Assembly: GCA_048886685.1 (NCBI GenBank)
Contig: JBHLKM010000013.1
Location: 81,755-145,754, forward strand
Length of the DNA: 64,000 bases
Reading direction: 5' to 3'
From: Candidatus Hodarchaeota archaeon
GTDB lineage: Archaea; Asgardarchaeota; Lokiarchaeia; Sigyniarchaeales; SOKP01
The stretch's first letter is position 1; each line of letters starts with the position of its first letter. The notes below the pieces were generated by a model. That model was not told where the DNA came from. It saw only the letters and a program-made list of their open reading frames with translations, and ran no database searches. This document shows positions 9,395 through 19,901 of the stretch, piece by piece. The position numbers were made by a program, and so were the translations under genes.

Positions 9395-10978
9395 TCACAT
9401 AAAAGCAATAACAACATTAAACTTTTTAATTTCTGATTCTGCTAATGCTTTTCCTAATGGACTCAGTGTAATTATGTCATTGCTTTTTATTTTGAGAGAA
9501 GTCAGTTTAATATTTGGGTCCTTTAATGAGGGCATATAGGGATTCCAATAGATTTCTTTAGTCATAGGATTTGTAATCATCCATAATTCTGAATCTAAGG
9601 TGTGTCCTGATATTTCCATTGCTTCGAATATATAACCTACATTTGCATCAAATGGAACTACAATTTGAACATTTTCTTCGCCTTCTATTTTTCCACAGGC
9701 AAGACAATCATCCCTTTTCAGGATATTTAAGTGATCAAATTGACCATATATGCCATTATAATTGACATATGGTGGATCCATTGGAGCACCAATATTTCGT
9801 CCATTAACTCTAAATAAAAGTTTTAGCGCTTCTTGAGATTGAATGCTAGAGATGACAGAGCTAACTGTTTGTATCGCAGCTATTTTATTTCCTAAAATAT
9901 TTTCCATCTCCTCAAATTTATAATTCGGTCCGAATGTTTCTCTAATATTATTTTTCCAATCTTCAATTTGTTCTTCGGTTAAAGAATCTCTTTCTTCTAG
10001 AGGGACGTTCTCATCAAAAACTCTTTCTCTTAATTTTTCCAATTCCATTTGGGCAATCTCTTTTAACTTAAGCACCTCATCATTTAAATTCAGATCTGGC
10101 TTATGACCATATTTTTTTTCAAATTCAACCTCAGCTTTAATAACACAATGATTTCTGTTGCGGGGTAATCCTTTTAAAGTGCACGCAGCAACTAACTTAT
10201 CATCAGCAGGAGGAATTGGAACTAAACACCTATAACATGGGGTTTGATCTAATAATTCAGGTGCAAACTTCCAATCAAAAACCAATTCTATTTCTTTTCT
10301 TATTTTATTGACAATAGGATCGATTCTAGTGGATTTTATTCGCTCAATTTCTTCTTCTAATAATTCAATTTCTCTTTGAGCTCTATAATAATCGGGATAT
10401 TCAGTATCGGTAATTTCCCAAAGTCTTGCTTCTACTAAATTTTCGATTTCATTTTCTCTGCTTTTATATTTTAATCCTCCACCCTCAGGAATTACGATTT
10501 GTACATGTCCTTCAAAACCAACTGTTCCTCCCTCAACCATAGGTTTTTTCATTCTAAGGCATATTTTATTCAAATCTAATCTAGCATTAAAATTATCTAA
10601 CGCAGCAACAATAACATCTGATTCTTCATAAACTGACATAGGTAATTTCTGAAGTTTTTCAAAATAAAAATCAACATTTAAATACGGATTCATTTCTTTC
10701 AATCGTTCTGCGGCAACTTCTGCTTTTGGGCGTCCTTCATCTCCAGGTCTAAATAGCATTTGACGCGATAAGTTAGAAGTCTCAATTGTGTCAAGATCGA
10801 CTAATATCAATTTACCTATTCCCATGAGTGTAAAGTCTTTTGCAATTTCGCATCCTAAAGCCCCAACTCCAACGATCATAATGCAACCATTATTGATTAC
10901 TTCTTGATCCCATCCATCAATGAGCTGCTGTCGAGCATACATACGTGCTTTAACAATATCTTCGATTTTTTCAGTCAT
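9395..10978 (-). CDS. Ubiquitin-like protein-activating enzyme E1 (ThiF domain, catalytic Cys domain, probable C-terminal ubiquitin-fold domain)
   Basis: YARQ, GVGALG, DLDTIETSNLSRQ, ALDNFNAR, CYRC and CLAC Zn pairs, CTLKGLPRNRNHC. Confidence 0.93.
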   Translation of the reverse strand: MTEKIEDIVKARMYARQQLIDGWDQEVINNGCIMIVGVGALGCEIAKDFTLMGIGKLILVDLDTIETSNLSRQMLFRPGDEGRPKAEVAAERLKEMNPYLNVDFYFEKLQKLPMSVYEESDVIVAALDNFNARLDLNKICLRMKKPMVEGGTVGFEGHVQIVIPEGGGLKYKSRENEIENLVEARLWEITDTEYPDYYRAQREIELLEEEIERIKSTRIDPIVNKIRKEIELVFDWKFAPELLDQTPCYRCLVPIPPADDKLVAACTLKGLPRNRNHCVIKAEVEFEKKYGHKPDLNLNDEVLKLKEIAQMELEKLRERVFDENVPLEERDSLTEEQIEDWKNNIRETFGPNYKFEEMENILGNKIAAIQTVSSVISSIQSQEALKLLFRVNGRNIGAPMDPPYVNYNGIYGQFDHLNILKRDDCLACGKIEGEENVQIVVPFDANVGYIFEAMEISGHTLDSELWMITNPMTKEIYWNPYMPSLKDPNIKLTSLKIKSNDIITLSPLGKALAESEIKKFNVVIAFM

Positions 10979-11110
10979 TTAAAATATCCTCATTTCTTAC
11001 AAATATACTATTATAATTTAAACATCTAAATATAAACTCTTTCAGTTGATTAATTAAACTATAAGGATTATAGTTAAAATTTGAATTGTAATACAAAATA
11101 AAATGAGTTA

Positions 11111-14100
11111 TTATTTTTCTTTCCTTTTCTCGGCTTCCTTAATCATCCGTTTTAAATTATCTACTTCTTCTCTCTCTTTCGCCATTTGTAACTTTTCTTG
11201 GAATTCTTGTCTTTTATTTTCTTTTAACTTTAATTCTTCAATAAGTTCTTCTTTGATTTTTATCATGTCTCCCATCATACGTCTAAATTCTTTTGCCTCA
11301 TACTTTATCTCCTCCCTTTTCTGGGTATCTGCAATTTCCTGTTGTTTTCTCCTTTCTTCAATTAGATTAATAACTTCATTAGCAAGGGTACTAACTTCTC
11401 CGATAGTTTCTTTTAATTGCGCTTCCTCTGCTTTTCTGCGGCTTTCTTCAGAGGTTCTCTGCTTATCTAGTTGTTCTTGAATGCTTTGAATTTTTAATTC
11501 TTCACTTTCAACTCTTTTTTCGAGTTCTTTTGTATTTCTTATTTCAGTTTCAATATATTTTGTTTCTTCAAGCCAACCAATTTCTTTAAACTTTTCTTTT
11601 GCAGTCTCAAAATTCTGATAAGCTCTCTCAAAGTCATGATATGCTGCCCACTTTTTGCCCTCATCTATTAATTTTAATCCCTTGTCTCTAATTTCTTCCA
11701 TTCGACGTTTACTCAGGATTAATTCTCTATATTGCCTTTCCTGTTCTCTCTTTAGCTTTTCTTGTTCTATTCTTCTTGCTTTAATTTCCTTTTGAAAAAC
11801 TTCATACTCTTTTTGCCTTTGAATAAGAGTTTGTTCTTCTAAACGCTTCTTTTCTTGAAAACTAACTTGTTCTTGTTGTAGATCTTTGATTAATGCATTT
11901 AGATTATTTATTTCAGGTTCCCATCCAATATTATCTGCTAAAAGATTCCTAGCTTCAATATACAATGATATAGCTTTAGTATAGTCAGGACTTAATTGTT
12001 TCAAATATTTCCCAGCTTCATCTAACATGGAATATGCTGATTCTCTTATACTAGCTTGTTCTTGGACGATTCTTTCTCTTTCCTGAAGTGCTAACAATTG
12101 AGCTTTTTTCTTTTCCCTTTCTTGTCCTTGTCTTTCTTCAATAAGTAACTGTAAATCTTTTTCTTCTTGAATTTTTTCTATTTCTCTCTGAAATTGAAAT
12201 TCTTGCATTTCTTCTTTTTGTTTCATTAGCTGTTGTACTTTTGTTACCATGCCTTTAATGGAATCTGTGGGGAAATGCAACTCATTTAATATTAATTCTG
12301 CTTTTCTATAACTTTCGATAGCTTTATCATATTCAAAATTCTTTAGTAATTCCTCAGCAGCATCTAATATCTTGAATGCATCTTGTTTTGTTAATTCAAG
12401 TTTCTCTTTCAATTTTTCCATTTCTTCAAGTTGAACTTGCTTTGTTTGTAATCGCCCTGATTCTTTTTTAAACTCATCAGCGATATTGCGTTGGAATTCC
12501 CATTCTTCTTTTTCCTTTTGGATACTTGATTCTAGCTCCTTCTGTTTTTGTATTTGATGTTGTTTTTTCTTCTCTTGAACTTTTTGGATCATTTCGCGAA
12601 TTACTTCGGTTGGAAAGGCTATTTCATTTAAAATAATTTCAGCAGAGTGATAAGATTCAAGTGATTTATCATATTGAGCTTGATTCATATAGATTTCTGC
12701 TTCTTCAAGGAGGTTAAAAGCTTCTTCTTTTCTTCTTTCCATGTATTCATAAGACTCTCGTTGCTTTTCAAGCTTTTTCTGTTTAGATTTCATTTTTATC
12801 TCATTTATTTTTACATTTTCAGCGATTTTTCTCTGAAATTGAATTTCCTCTCTCTCTTTTTGTAAATTTATCTCTAAATCTTTCTGTTTCGACATAATCT
12901 CTTCTCTACTTTTTGATTGAATTTTATTTATCATTTCCTTAATTGCTCCAGTAGGAAATCCGATTTCGTATAAAATTAATTCTGCTTGACGATATTTTTC
13001 AATTGCTTTTTCATATTGCCTTGTATTTAAAGCTTTTTGAGCATTCTCTATTAATTGAAATGCATCTGACTTCTTTCTTTCAAAAATTGTTAGTAAATCC
13101 TCACGCTTTTGGATTTGGACTTTTTTTTCTCTTAATCTATTATTTTCACTCTGTATTAATTCATAAACCTTCCTCTGGAATTTTTCTTCCTCTTCTTTTT
13201 GGTTAAGTAATAATTGTTGCTTAGCTTTTTCACTTAATTCTAATTTTCTTTTCCTGATCTTAATAGTCTTGATAGTATCATTTAACAATTTTAAATAGGA
13301 CTCAGTCCAACCAATTTCGGTTAAAATATTAATAGCTTCGTTGTACTTGTTTAAAGCATCTTCAAAACTACTTTGTTTAAGAAATACTTCAGCATCCTCA
13401 ATAATCTTAAATGCTTCTTGTTGCTTAATTAGATTTTGCGCAGACATTTTTCTTTGCATTTCTATTGACTTTAATTCTTTCATAGCTATTTCTTTTTCAA
13501 GTTCTTTATGTAGATTGATTTGTTCTATAAATGAATAATTAGCCTTTTCTTCTTCAATTGCTTTTTCTAATTCTCTTTGTTGAATGATTATCTCTTTTCT
13601 TTTTCTCTTCTGGATATCATTTATAGCCTCTTGAATTATAGGTATTTCATCAACCCATTGTATTTGGGCAAATATATTAGTTACCTCATTATATAATCTG
13701 AGTGCATTATCATAATTACCTTGTGAAAGATGTACTTGAGCTTCATCTAATAATTTGAATGCGAGGTTCTTTTTTTCTTCGCGAAAAGCAAGTTCTTCTT
13801 CTTGCTTTCTGAGTTTAATTTCTCTTTGTTTTAATCGTTCTTGCTGAGTAGAAATTTCAAGTGCAATTTGAGCTTGAAAAGCCTTTTCAAGTTTTTCTTT
13901 TTCCAAAAGTTCTTCTAAATCTTTCTGTTTCTTTAATTCTGCTTCGCGCTTTTTATCTTCAACAGCTCTAATTGAATTCTGAATTAATTTTATTTCATCA
14001 TCCCAATGAATTTCTTTAAAGATTTTTAATGCCTCTTGATATAACACAATTGCTTTATCAAATTCTCCTGTGCCAATTTTGGTTTGTGCTTCTTCTAATA

Positions 14101-17100
14101 AATGAAATGCTTTTTCTTCCATTTTTTCAGTTTTTACTCTAATTTCTTCCTGTTTTTTTAGTTCCTCTTGCTTTTCCCTCATTTTTTCCTTTTCGATTCT
14201 TACTTTTTCAGAAATCTGCTGTTGAAACCTTAGATCCTCCTGTTCTTTCCTAAAGCTTAATTCTAATTCTTTCAGTCTATTCAATTCTTCTTCTCTTCTT
14301 CTTTCTTGAATCTTTTGAATCATTTCTCTAATTAATTCAGACGGATAACCAATTTCATTTAATATTAATTCAGCTTGTCTATATTTTTCTATAGATTTAT
14401 TATATTGACCTTGGTTTAATGAATTTTCTGCTTCATCCATTATAGTAAAAGCCTCTGCCTTACGAATTTCTATGATATTTAACATTTCTTCACGTTTTTG
14501 GAGCTGGATTTGTTTTTCTTTAATTCGATTTTGTTCTGTTTTCAAATATTCTGAAATTTTATTTTGAAATTCTTCTTCTTCTTGTTGATGTTTTAATTTT
14601 AATTCAAATTCAATTTGCTTTGATGTTTCGTCTTCTACTTTTTTATTTTGTATTGTAATAATTGTATCATCCAATAATTTCAAATAATCTATCCCCCAAC
14701 CAATAACTTTTAAAATCTCTCTCGCATTTTGATAATTTTTTATAGCTTCATCATATTTATAAACCTGAACTAAATTTTCTCCATCCTCCATTAGATCAAA
14801 TGCTTCTTCTTGTTTAGCCAAATTTTGTGCTGATAACGATTTTTGTTTCTCTTTAAATTCTAAATCTCTAAGAGCTTCTTGTTTTTCTCTTTCTCTCTGA
14901 TATTTTATTTTTTCGATAAAAGCTTTATCATTAACTTCTTTATTGATTGATTTTTGCAATTGTTTTTGTTTAAAGATTAATTCGTTCCTCCTCTTTTCCT
15001 CAATATCTTGGATTGCTTCTTTTAATAGTGGAATTTCATCTTTCCATTGAATTTGGGCAAAGATATTTAAAACCTTATAATAAATCTCGAGTACAGAATC
15101 ATAGTTATTAACAGCAACTAATTTTTGCGCCTCATCTAGCAATATAAATGCTTCTTCTTTCTTCTTTTCACGATATACGATTTCTTTTTCATGCTCTCTA
15201 ATAACTATTTCTTCTTTCTTTAGTCTTTCTTGACGTGTTTTTATTTCATTGGTTACTACTTTTTGAAATTCCTTTTCTTGCTTCTCTCTTTCTAACTCTG
15301 CTTGTAATCTTATCTGTGCCTGTAATTCAGCTTCCCTTTTTTTATTCTCAATTTCTATTATTGAAGCTTGAATTAAACTAATTTCATTTTGCCAATGAGC
15401 TTCCGCGAAAAAATTTAAGGCATCTTGAAGTATTTCAATAGCTTTGTCGAAATTTCCCTCAGATACTTCATTTTGTGCTTGTTCAAGTAGTTTAAATCCC
15501 GTTTCTCTTCTTTCTTCACGAAACTTTAATTCTTCTTCACGTTCTTTTAACTCTATTTCTCTTTTCTTAATTTTTTCACGTTCTTGTTTTAAATATTGAG
15601 TAATCTGCTTCTGGAATGCTTCTTCTTCTTTCTGTTTTTCTATCGTTTCTTGCATTCTTATTTGTTTTTGAATTCTCTGGTTTCTTCGTAGCTCCTCAAC
15701 TTTAAATATCGCATTTTCAATTAGAGGGATCTCATCTTTCCAATGAATTTCAGCAAAAATATTAGCCGTAGTTTGATAAGCTAATATCGCATTATCATAA
15801 TCTCCTTGATTTATATAATTAATTGCAGAATCCAATGATTTAAAAGCTTCTTTTTTACGTTGCTCCAGATAAATTATTTCTTTTTCTTTATCTTTCAATA
15901 TAATTTCTTTTTGTTGTAATAGCTTGCGTTCCTTATCTAATTGATCTGCAATTTGCTTTTGAAATTCCAGTTCTTCTTTTTCTCTTTTTTCTAATTTCTC
16001 TTGCATATCATATTTCTTCTTAAGTTGTGAATTCTCTATCTTTTGTATATTAGAGATAATATTATTAATGTTTGAAACATAAGTGTTCCATCCAGAACCC
16101 AATTTTTCTATGAATTTTAAAGCTTTCTGATATTCGTCTATCGCTTCCTCATATTTTTTCTTTTGTAAAGTACTATCTGCATTACTCAGTATCTTAAAAA
16201 ATTCTTTTTCTATTTTTACTTCATGATCTCTTTCTTCTTCAAACTTTAGTCTTCGTTTTTCTAGTTCCAATGCAGTTTGTTGAATTTCTTCTTCTTGCCT
16301 TCTATATATAGAATTTTGTAGAATTTTAAGATCTTTTTCTCTCTTTTCTTTTAACTGGAATGCTTTTCTTTCTCGTTCCTGCTTTTTTTTTATATCTTCT
16401 ATTAAAGTAATGATAGGATGGATGTATGAGTCCCATTCTATTGATTTGAATAATTCAACAGCTAATTCAAACTTTTGTATTGCTTGTTCATAATCTTTCT
16501 CCCTATCGAATTTTTTTCCAATATCTATTAAATTAAATGCTTTAGTTTGAATTTCTTCTTCCCTTCGCTTTTTTTCTTCAAATTCAATCAACTTAGCTTT
16601 TTTCAAATCTGATTCTGACTTATCAACAAATTTTTCTCCCACAGTTTTGCTTAAAATCTCAGTAGATGCTTGTTTTTGTCGATTTTGAAAATCTTCAAAT
16701 TGTTGCTTATCTTTCCTAAGTTTCTCAATAATAATTTCTATCTTCTTAGTCTGTTCATCCCAACCTATTGAATTCAATAACTCTATGGCGCTTTCATAAT
16801 TCATAATTGCGTTATCGAATTTTCTTTCTTTTTCAAATTCTTTAGCTTTATCTATATGAGCAAATGCGTGATTTTGTGTTTCTTCCTCTTGTTTCTTCCT
16901 TGATCTGTAACGGGCTATAGATTCTGCTTTTTCTCTGCTTGATCTTTCCCCGAATATGCCGACAACTTCAGGTTTTATATCTTCTATTTTTTGTAAATAT
17001 TCTTCAGGAGGAGACAATTCTTTTTGTTGTCTCTGGTGAATAAATTGTTCCTTTTTTAAAATATCAAAAAGGTTTTTTATTTTTAATCTTAAATTTTCTA

Positions 17101-17479
17101 ACTGAGTCTCAGACCAACCAGATTGATTTAATAAGTTAATGGCTGAAACGTATTGATTGATAGCCTCCTCAAAATAGCCACCAGATTCTAGTGTTTTCGC
17201 CCCTTCTAATAAGGCAAAAGCTTGGTTTTGAAGTTGTTCGGCTTGAGATTTTATTTGAGTCTGTTCAAACAATTTTTCTTGTTTTAAGGAGCTTTTTAAT
17301 TCCTCTATTCTTTCATATATTTCATTAACTCTATGCATTAAGTATCCACTTTGTTTTAGATAATCAGCAGCTTTTTGATAATTTGAGATTGCCTGTTCAA
17401 TATATTTTTCTTCTTCAAAATTTTGCGCAAGTTCTAAAAATTTTAAAGCTTCTTGAGCTAATTCTTCTGGATTTTGCAT
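11111..17479 (-). CDS. 2122-aa repeat protein: about 18 MIT/TPR-like helical modules separated by E/K/R/Q-rich long helices
   Basis: Recurrent AF.L...A......Y..AI..Y..A..I...I.W unit about every 115 aa. Confidence 0.85.
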   Translation of the reverse strand: MQNPEELAQEALKFLELAQNFEEEKYIEQAISNYQKAADYLKQSGYLMHRVNEIYERIEELKSSLKQEKLFEQTQIKSQAEQLQNQAFALLEGAKTLESGGYFEEAINQYVSAINLLNQSGWSETQLENLRLKIKNLFDILKKEQFIHQRQQKELSPPEEYLQKIEDIKPEVVGIFGERSSREKAESIARYRSRKKQEEETQNHAFAHIDKAKEFEKERKFDNAIMNYESAIELLNSIGWDEQTKKIEIIIEKLRKDKQQFEDFQNRQKQASTEILSKTVGEKFVDKSESDLKKAKLIEFEEKKRREEEIQTKAFNLIDIGKKFDREKDYEQAIQKFELAVELFKSIEWDSYIHPIITLIEDIKKKQERERKAFQLKEKREKDLKILQNSIYRRQEEEIQQTALELEKRRLKFEEERDHEVKIEKEFFKILSNADSTLQKKKYEEAIDEYQKALKFIEKLGSGWNTYVSNINNIISNIQKIENSQLKKKYDMQEKLEKREKEELEFQKQIADQLDKERKLLQQKEIILKDKEKEIIYLEQRKKEAFKSLDSAINYINQGDYDNAILAYQTTANIFAEIHWKDEIPLIENAIFKVEELRRNQRIQKQIRMQETIEKQKEEEAFQKQITQYLKQEREKIKKREIELKEREEELKFREERRETGFKLLEQAQNEVSEGNFDKAIEILQDALNFFAEAHWQNEISLIQASIIEIENKKREAELQAQIRLQAELEREKQEKEFQKVVTNEIKTRQERLKKEEIVIREHEKEIVYREKKKEEAFILLDEAQKLVAVNNYDSVLEIYYKVLNIFAQIQWKDEIPLLKEAIQDIEEKRRNELIFKQKQLQKSINKEVNDKAFIEKIKYQREREKQEALRDLEFKEKQKSLSAQNLAKQEEAFDLMEDGENLVQVYKYDEAIKNYQNAREILKVIGWGIDYLKLLDDTIITIQNKKVEDETSKQIEFELKLKHQQEEEEFQNKISEYLKTEQNRIKEKQIQLQKREEMLNIIEIRKAEAFTIMDEAENSLNQGQYNKSIEKYRQAELILNEIGYPSELIREMIQKIQERRREEELNRLKELELSFRKEQEDLRFQQQISEKVRIEKEKMREKQEELKKQEEIRVKTEKMEEKAFHLLEEAQTKIGTGEFDKAIVLYQEALKIFKEIHWDDEIKLIQNSIRAVEDKKREAELKKQKDLEELLEKEKLEKAFQAQIALEISTQQERLKQREIKLRKQEEELAFREEKKNLAFKLLDEAQVHLSQGNYDNALRLYNEVTNIFAQIQWVDEIPIIQEAINDIQKRKRKEIIIQQRELEKAIEEEKANYSFIEQINLHKELEKEIAMKELKSIEMQRKMSAQNLIKQQEAFKIIEDAEVFLKQSSFEDALNKYNEAINILTEIGWTESYLKLLNDTIKTIKIRKRKLELSEKAKQQLLLNQKEEEEKFQRKVYELIQSENNRLREKKVQIQKREDLLTIFERKKSDAFQLIENAQKALNTRQYEKAIEKYRQAELILYEIGFPTGAIKEMINKIQSKSREEIMSKQKDLEINLQKEREEIQFQRKIAENVKINEIKMKSKQKKLEKQRESYEYMERRKEEAFNLLEEAEIYMNQAQYDKSLESYHSAEIILNEIAFPTEVIREMIQKVQEKKKQHQIQKQKELESSIQKEKEEWEFQRNIADEFKKESGRLQTKQVQLEEMEKLKEKLELTKQDAFKILDAAEELLKNFEYDKAIESYRKAELILNELHFPTDSIKGMVTKVQQLMKQKEEMQEFQFQREIEKIQEEKDLQLLIEERQGQEREKKKAQLLALQERERIVQEQASIRESAYSMLDEAGKYLKQLSPDYTKAISLYIEARNLLADNIGWEPEINNLNALIKDLQQEQVSFQEKKRLEEQTLIQRQKEYEVFQKEIKARRIEQEKLKREQERQYRELILSKRRMEEIRDKGLKLIDEGKKWAAYHDFERAYQNFETAKEKFKEIGWLEETKYIETEIRNTKELEKRVESEELKIQSIQEQLDKQRTSEESRRKAEEAQLKETIGEVSTLANEVINLIEERRKQQEIADTQKREEIKYEAKEFRRMMGDMIKIKEELIEELKLKENKRQEFQEKLQMAKEREEVDNLKRMIKEAEKRKEK

Positions 17480-17685
17480 TTTAACAAAACTCCTTTAATC
17501 GTAATTTGAAATAAAAAATAACAATTCACTTTCTTACTTTAATTTATCCCAACTAAGTAATTAAATTTTTTATATTGTTATAATTATTTTAACTAAATTA
17601 CTAAATACGTTAATTTTTATCTAATTTACAAGAAGAATGAACACAGATTTTAAGAAAAAACATAAATTATTTATAAATATAGAAT

Positions 17686-19644
17686 ATGGATTTAAAAAAT
17701 AAAAAGATCATTATTGATTTTGAACCTATTTCAAGGAGGGTAATATTAACAAGTGATAAAGCACTTTATGATCTACTTTCAGATTTAAGTGTTCCAATTA
17801 GATCCATATGTGGTGGTTTAGGTACTTGTGGAAAATGTAAGTTATTAATTCAAAAAGGTAAAGAATTTTTTAACATACCAACTAGCACTGAAAGAAAATT
17901 CTTAGATCTAATAGATCTTGAAAATGGTTGGCGTTTAGCATGTCAAGCAAAAATAAATAAAAATAAACTTCAATTAATAGAAAAAATTGATGCGCCTCAA
18001 TTTCGAATATTTTTACCGAATGAGTTAATGTTGGAGGATTTTAATATCCTCACTGCCGGTGTCGGAAAGGGAGTAAATTTACTTCCCGCAATTAAGAAAT
18101 ACTATCTTGAGGTTGATCCCGCTTCCTTAGAAAAACCTCAAGCAGATTTTGAAAGGATTATTGAGAAGTTAATTTCTTCGAATAAAGAATTTAATAGAAA
18201 TAATCAATTTAATATCAATTTTGATTTATTAAGCGATTTACCTAACATTTTAAGAGAAAATAACCATAAAATCACTATTGCTTTATGGGATAACAAAACC
18301 ATAATCGCTTGTGAACCGGGTAATACCGTTGAGGAAAATTTTGGAATAGCCTTTGACATAGGAACGACAACTTTAGTCGGTTATTTAATCAATTTAAATA
18401 ATGGGAAGATTTATGCTTTAGATTCAAGTTTAAACAGCCAAACAGCATATGGAGAAGATGTGATCACCAGACTAACTTTTATAAAGAATGATAGAAATAA
18501 CCTTAAGGTATTGAATTCCTTAGTAATAAAAGACTTAAACGAAATACTTTTAAAAACATGTTCTCAAGCTAATATTAATCCATCTCGAGTTTATGAAGCC
18601 AGCATTGTTGGTAATTCTGTTATGCATCATATTTTTTTAAGGCTAGATCCTACTAATATTGGATTAAGTCCCTTTATTCCTATTATTCAAACGGGATTAA
18701 ATGTGAGTGCTAAAGATTTGAACCTTCATATTTCTAAAAATGGTAATGTGTATACTGCTCCAGTTATATCTGGTTTTGTTGGGGCAGATACCATTGGAGT
18801 TATTCTTTCTTCAAATATATGTAAGGAAAGAGACCTCACTTTAGCTATTGATATTGGGACTAATGGAGAGATTATAATAGGCAATCGGAAAGTCTTAGCT
18901 GTTGGTTCGTGCGCTGCTGGTTCAGCATTAGAAGGTGCTCATATTAGTGATGGCATGAGGGCTGCTGCTGGCGCAATTGATTCTTTAAAAATTGATCCTG
19001 ATAATCTAAAGGCGTCTTTTTCGACAATAATGGGTAAAAAACCAACAGGGATTTGTGGATCTGGTTTAGTAGATGCGGTTGCAGAGATGTTGAAATCCAA
19101 AATTCTTACAAGGAGTGGTAACTTCAATAAAGAACTTGTCAACCATGAGAGAATAATTAAAAATGGTAAATTTTTTGAGTTTATTATTGTTAAAAAAGAC
19201 GAAACTTCTATAGGAAAAGATATTACTATTTCTCAAAATGACATCAGGCAAATTCAAATGGCAAAAGCCGCATTTTATTCGGGTACAAGAATCATATTAC
19301 ATAACTCGGGTAATAAAGACATAGAAATCAAACAAGTATTTCTAGCTGGAGCTTTTGGAAATTATATCAAACCTGGAAATGCAAAATTTATCGGAATGAT
19401 CCCAGATATACCAGATGAAAAAATATATCAGATTGGTAATGCAGCGGGTATTGGAGCTCAATATTGTTTGTTAAATAAAGAATTAAGAAATAAAGCAAAA
19501 CAATTGTTAAATAGAATTCAATATATAGAAATAGCAGTTAAAGAAGAATTTCAAAAAGAATATGCAGAGGCTATGTATTTTCCTCATCTGAATCTCGATT
19601 ATTTTCCTACATTAAATGAGTATAAGGAAATCCAAAAGAGATAA
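17686..19644 (+). CDS. RACo/AcsV-type reductive activator of corrinoid proteins (2Fe-2S + ASKHA ATPase)
   Basis: CGGLGTCGKC...RLACQ, DIGTT, YGEDVITR, DIGTNGE, GICGSG, LAGAFG, GNAAG. Confidence 0.92.
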   Translation: MDLKNKKIIIDFEPISRRVILTSDKALYDLLSDLSVPIRSICGGLGTCGKCKLLIQKGKEFFNIPTSTERKFLDLIDLENGWRLACQAKINKNKLQLIEKIDAPQFRIFLPNELMLEDFNILTAGVGKGVNLLPAIKKYYLEVDPASLEKPQADFERIIEKLISSNKEFNRNNQFNINFDLLSDLPNILRENNHKITIALWDNKTIIACEPGNTVEENFGIAFDIGTTTLVGYLINLNNGKIYALDSSLNSQTAYGEDVITRLTFIKNDRNNLKVLNSLVIKDLNEILLKTCSQANINPSRVYEASIVGNSVMHHIFLRLDPTNIGLSPFIPIIQTGLNVSAKDLNLHISKNGNVYTAPVISGFVGADTIGVILSSNICKERDLTLAIDIGTNGEIIIGNRKVLAVGSCAAGSALEGAHISDGMRAAAGAIDSLKIDPDNLKASFSTIMGKKPTGICGSGLVDAVAEMLKSKILTRSGNFNKELVNHERIIKNGKFFEFIIVKKDETSIGKDITISQNDIRQIQMAKAAFYSGTRIILHNSGNKDIEIKQVFLAGAFGNYIKPGNAKFIGMIPDIPDEKIYQIGNAAGIGAQYCLLNKELRNKAKQLLNRIQYIEIAVKEEFQKEYAEAMYFPHLNLDYFPTLNEYKEIQKR

Positions 19645-19901
19645 TTAAGAGTATAAATGTATACAATTTTTTTTAATTTAAATTTTTTAAATGCCACAAT
19701 AATGTATAAATAAGGATTAGAACGATTATAATTCAAGCTAAATTTATATAAAAATATTTAACTTTTTAATATATTAAATCTATAATTTAATTTGTATTAG
19801 TAAATTAAATAAATTATTAAATATCATAATTTTATAATTAATTTATATACATAACTAAAAAATATTAAAAATACCAAAATAATCGACGAGAGTGGAGCTT
19901 A

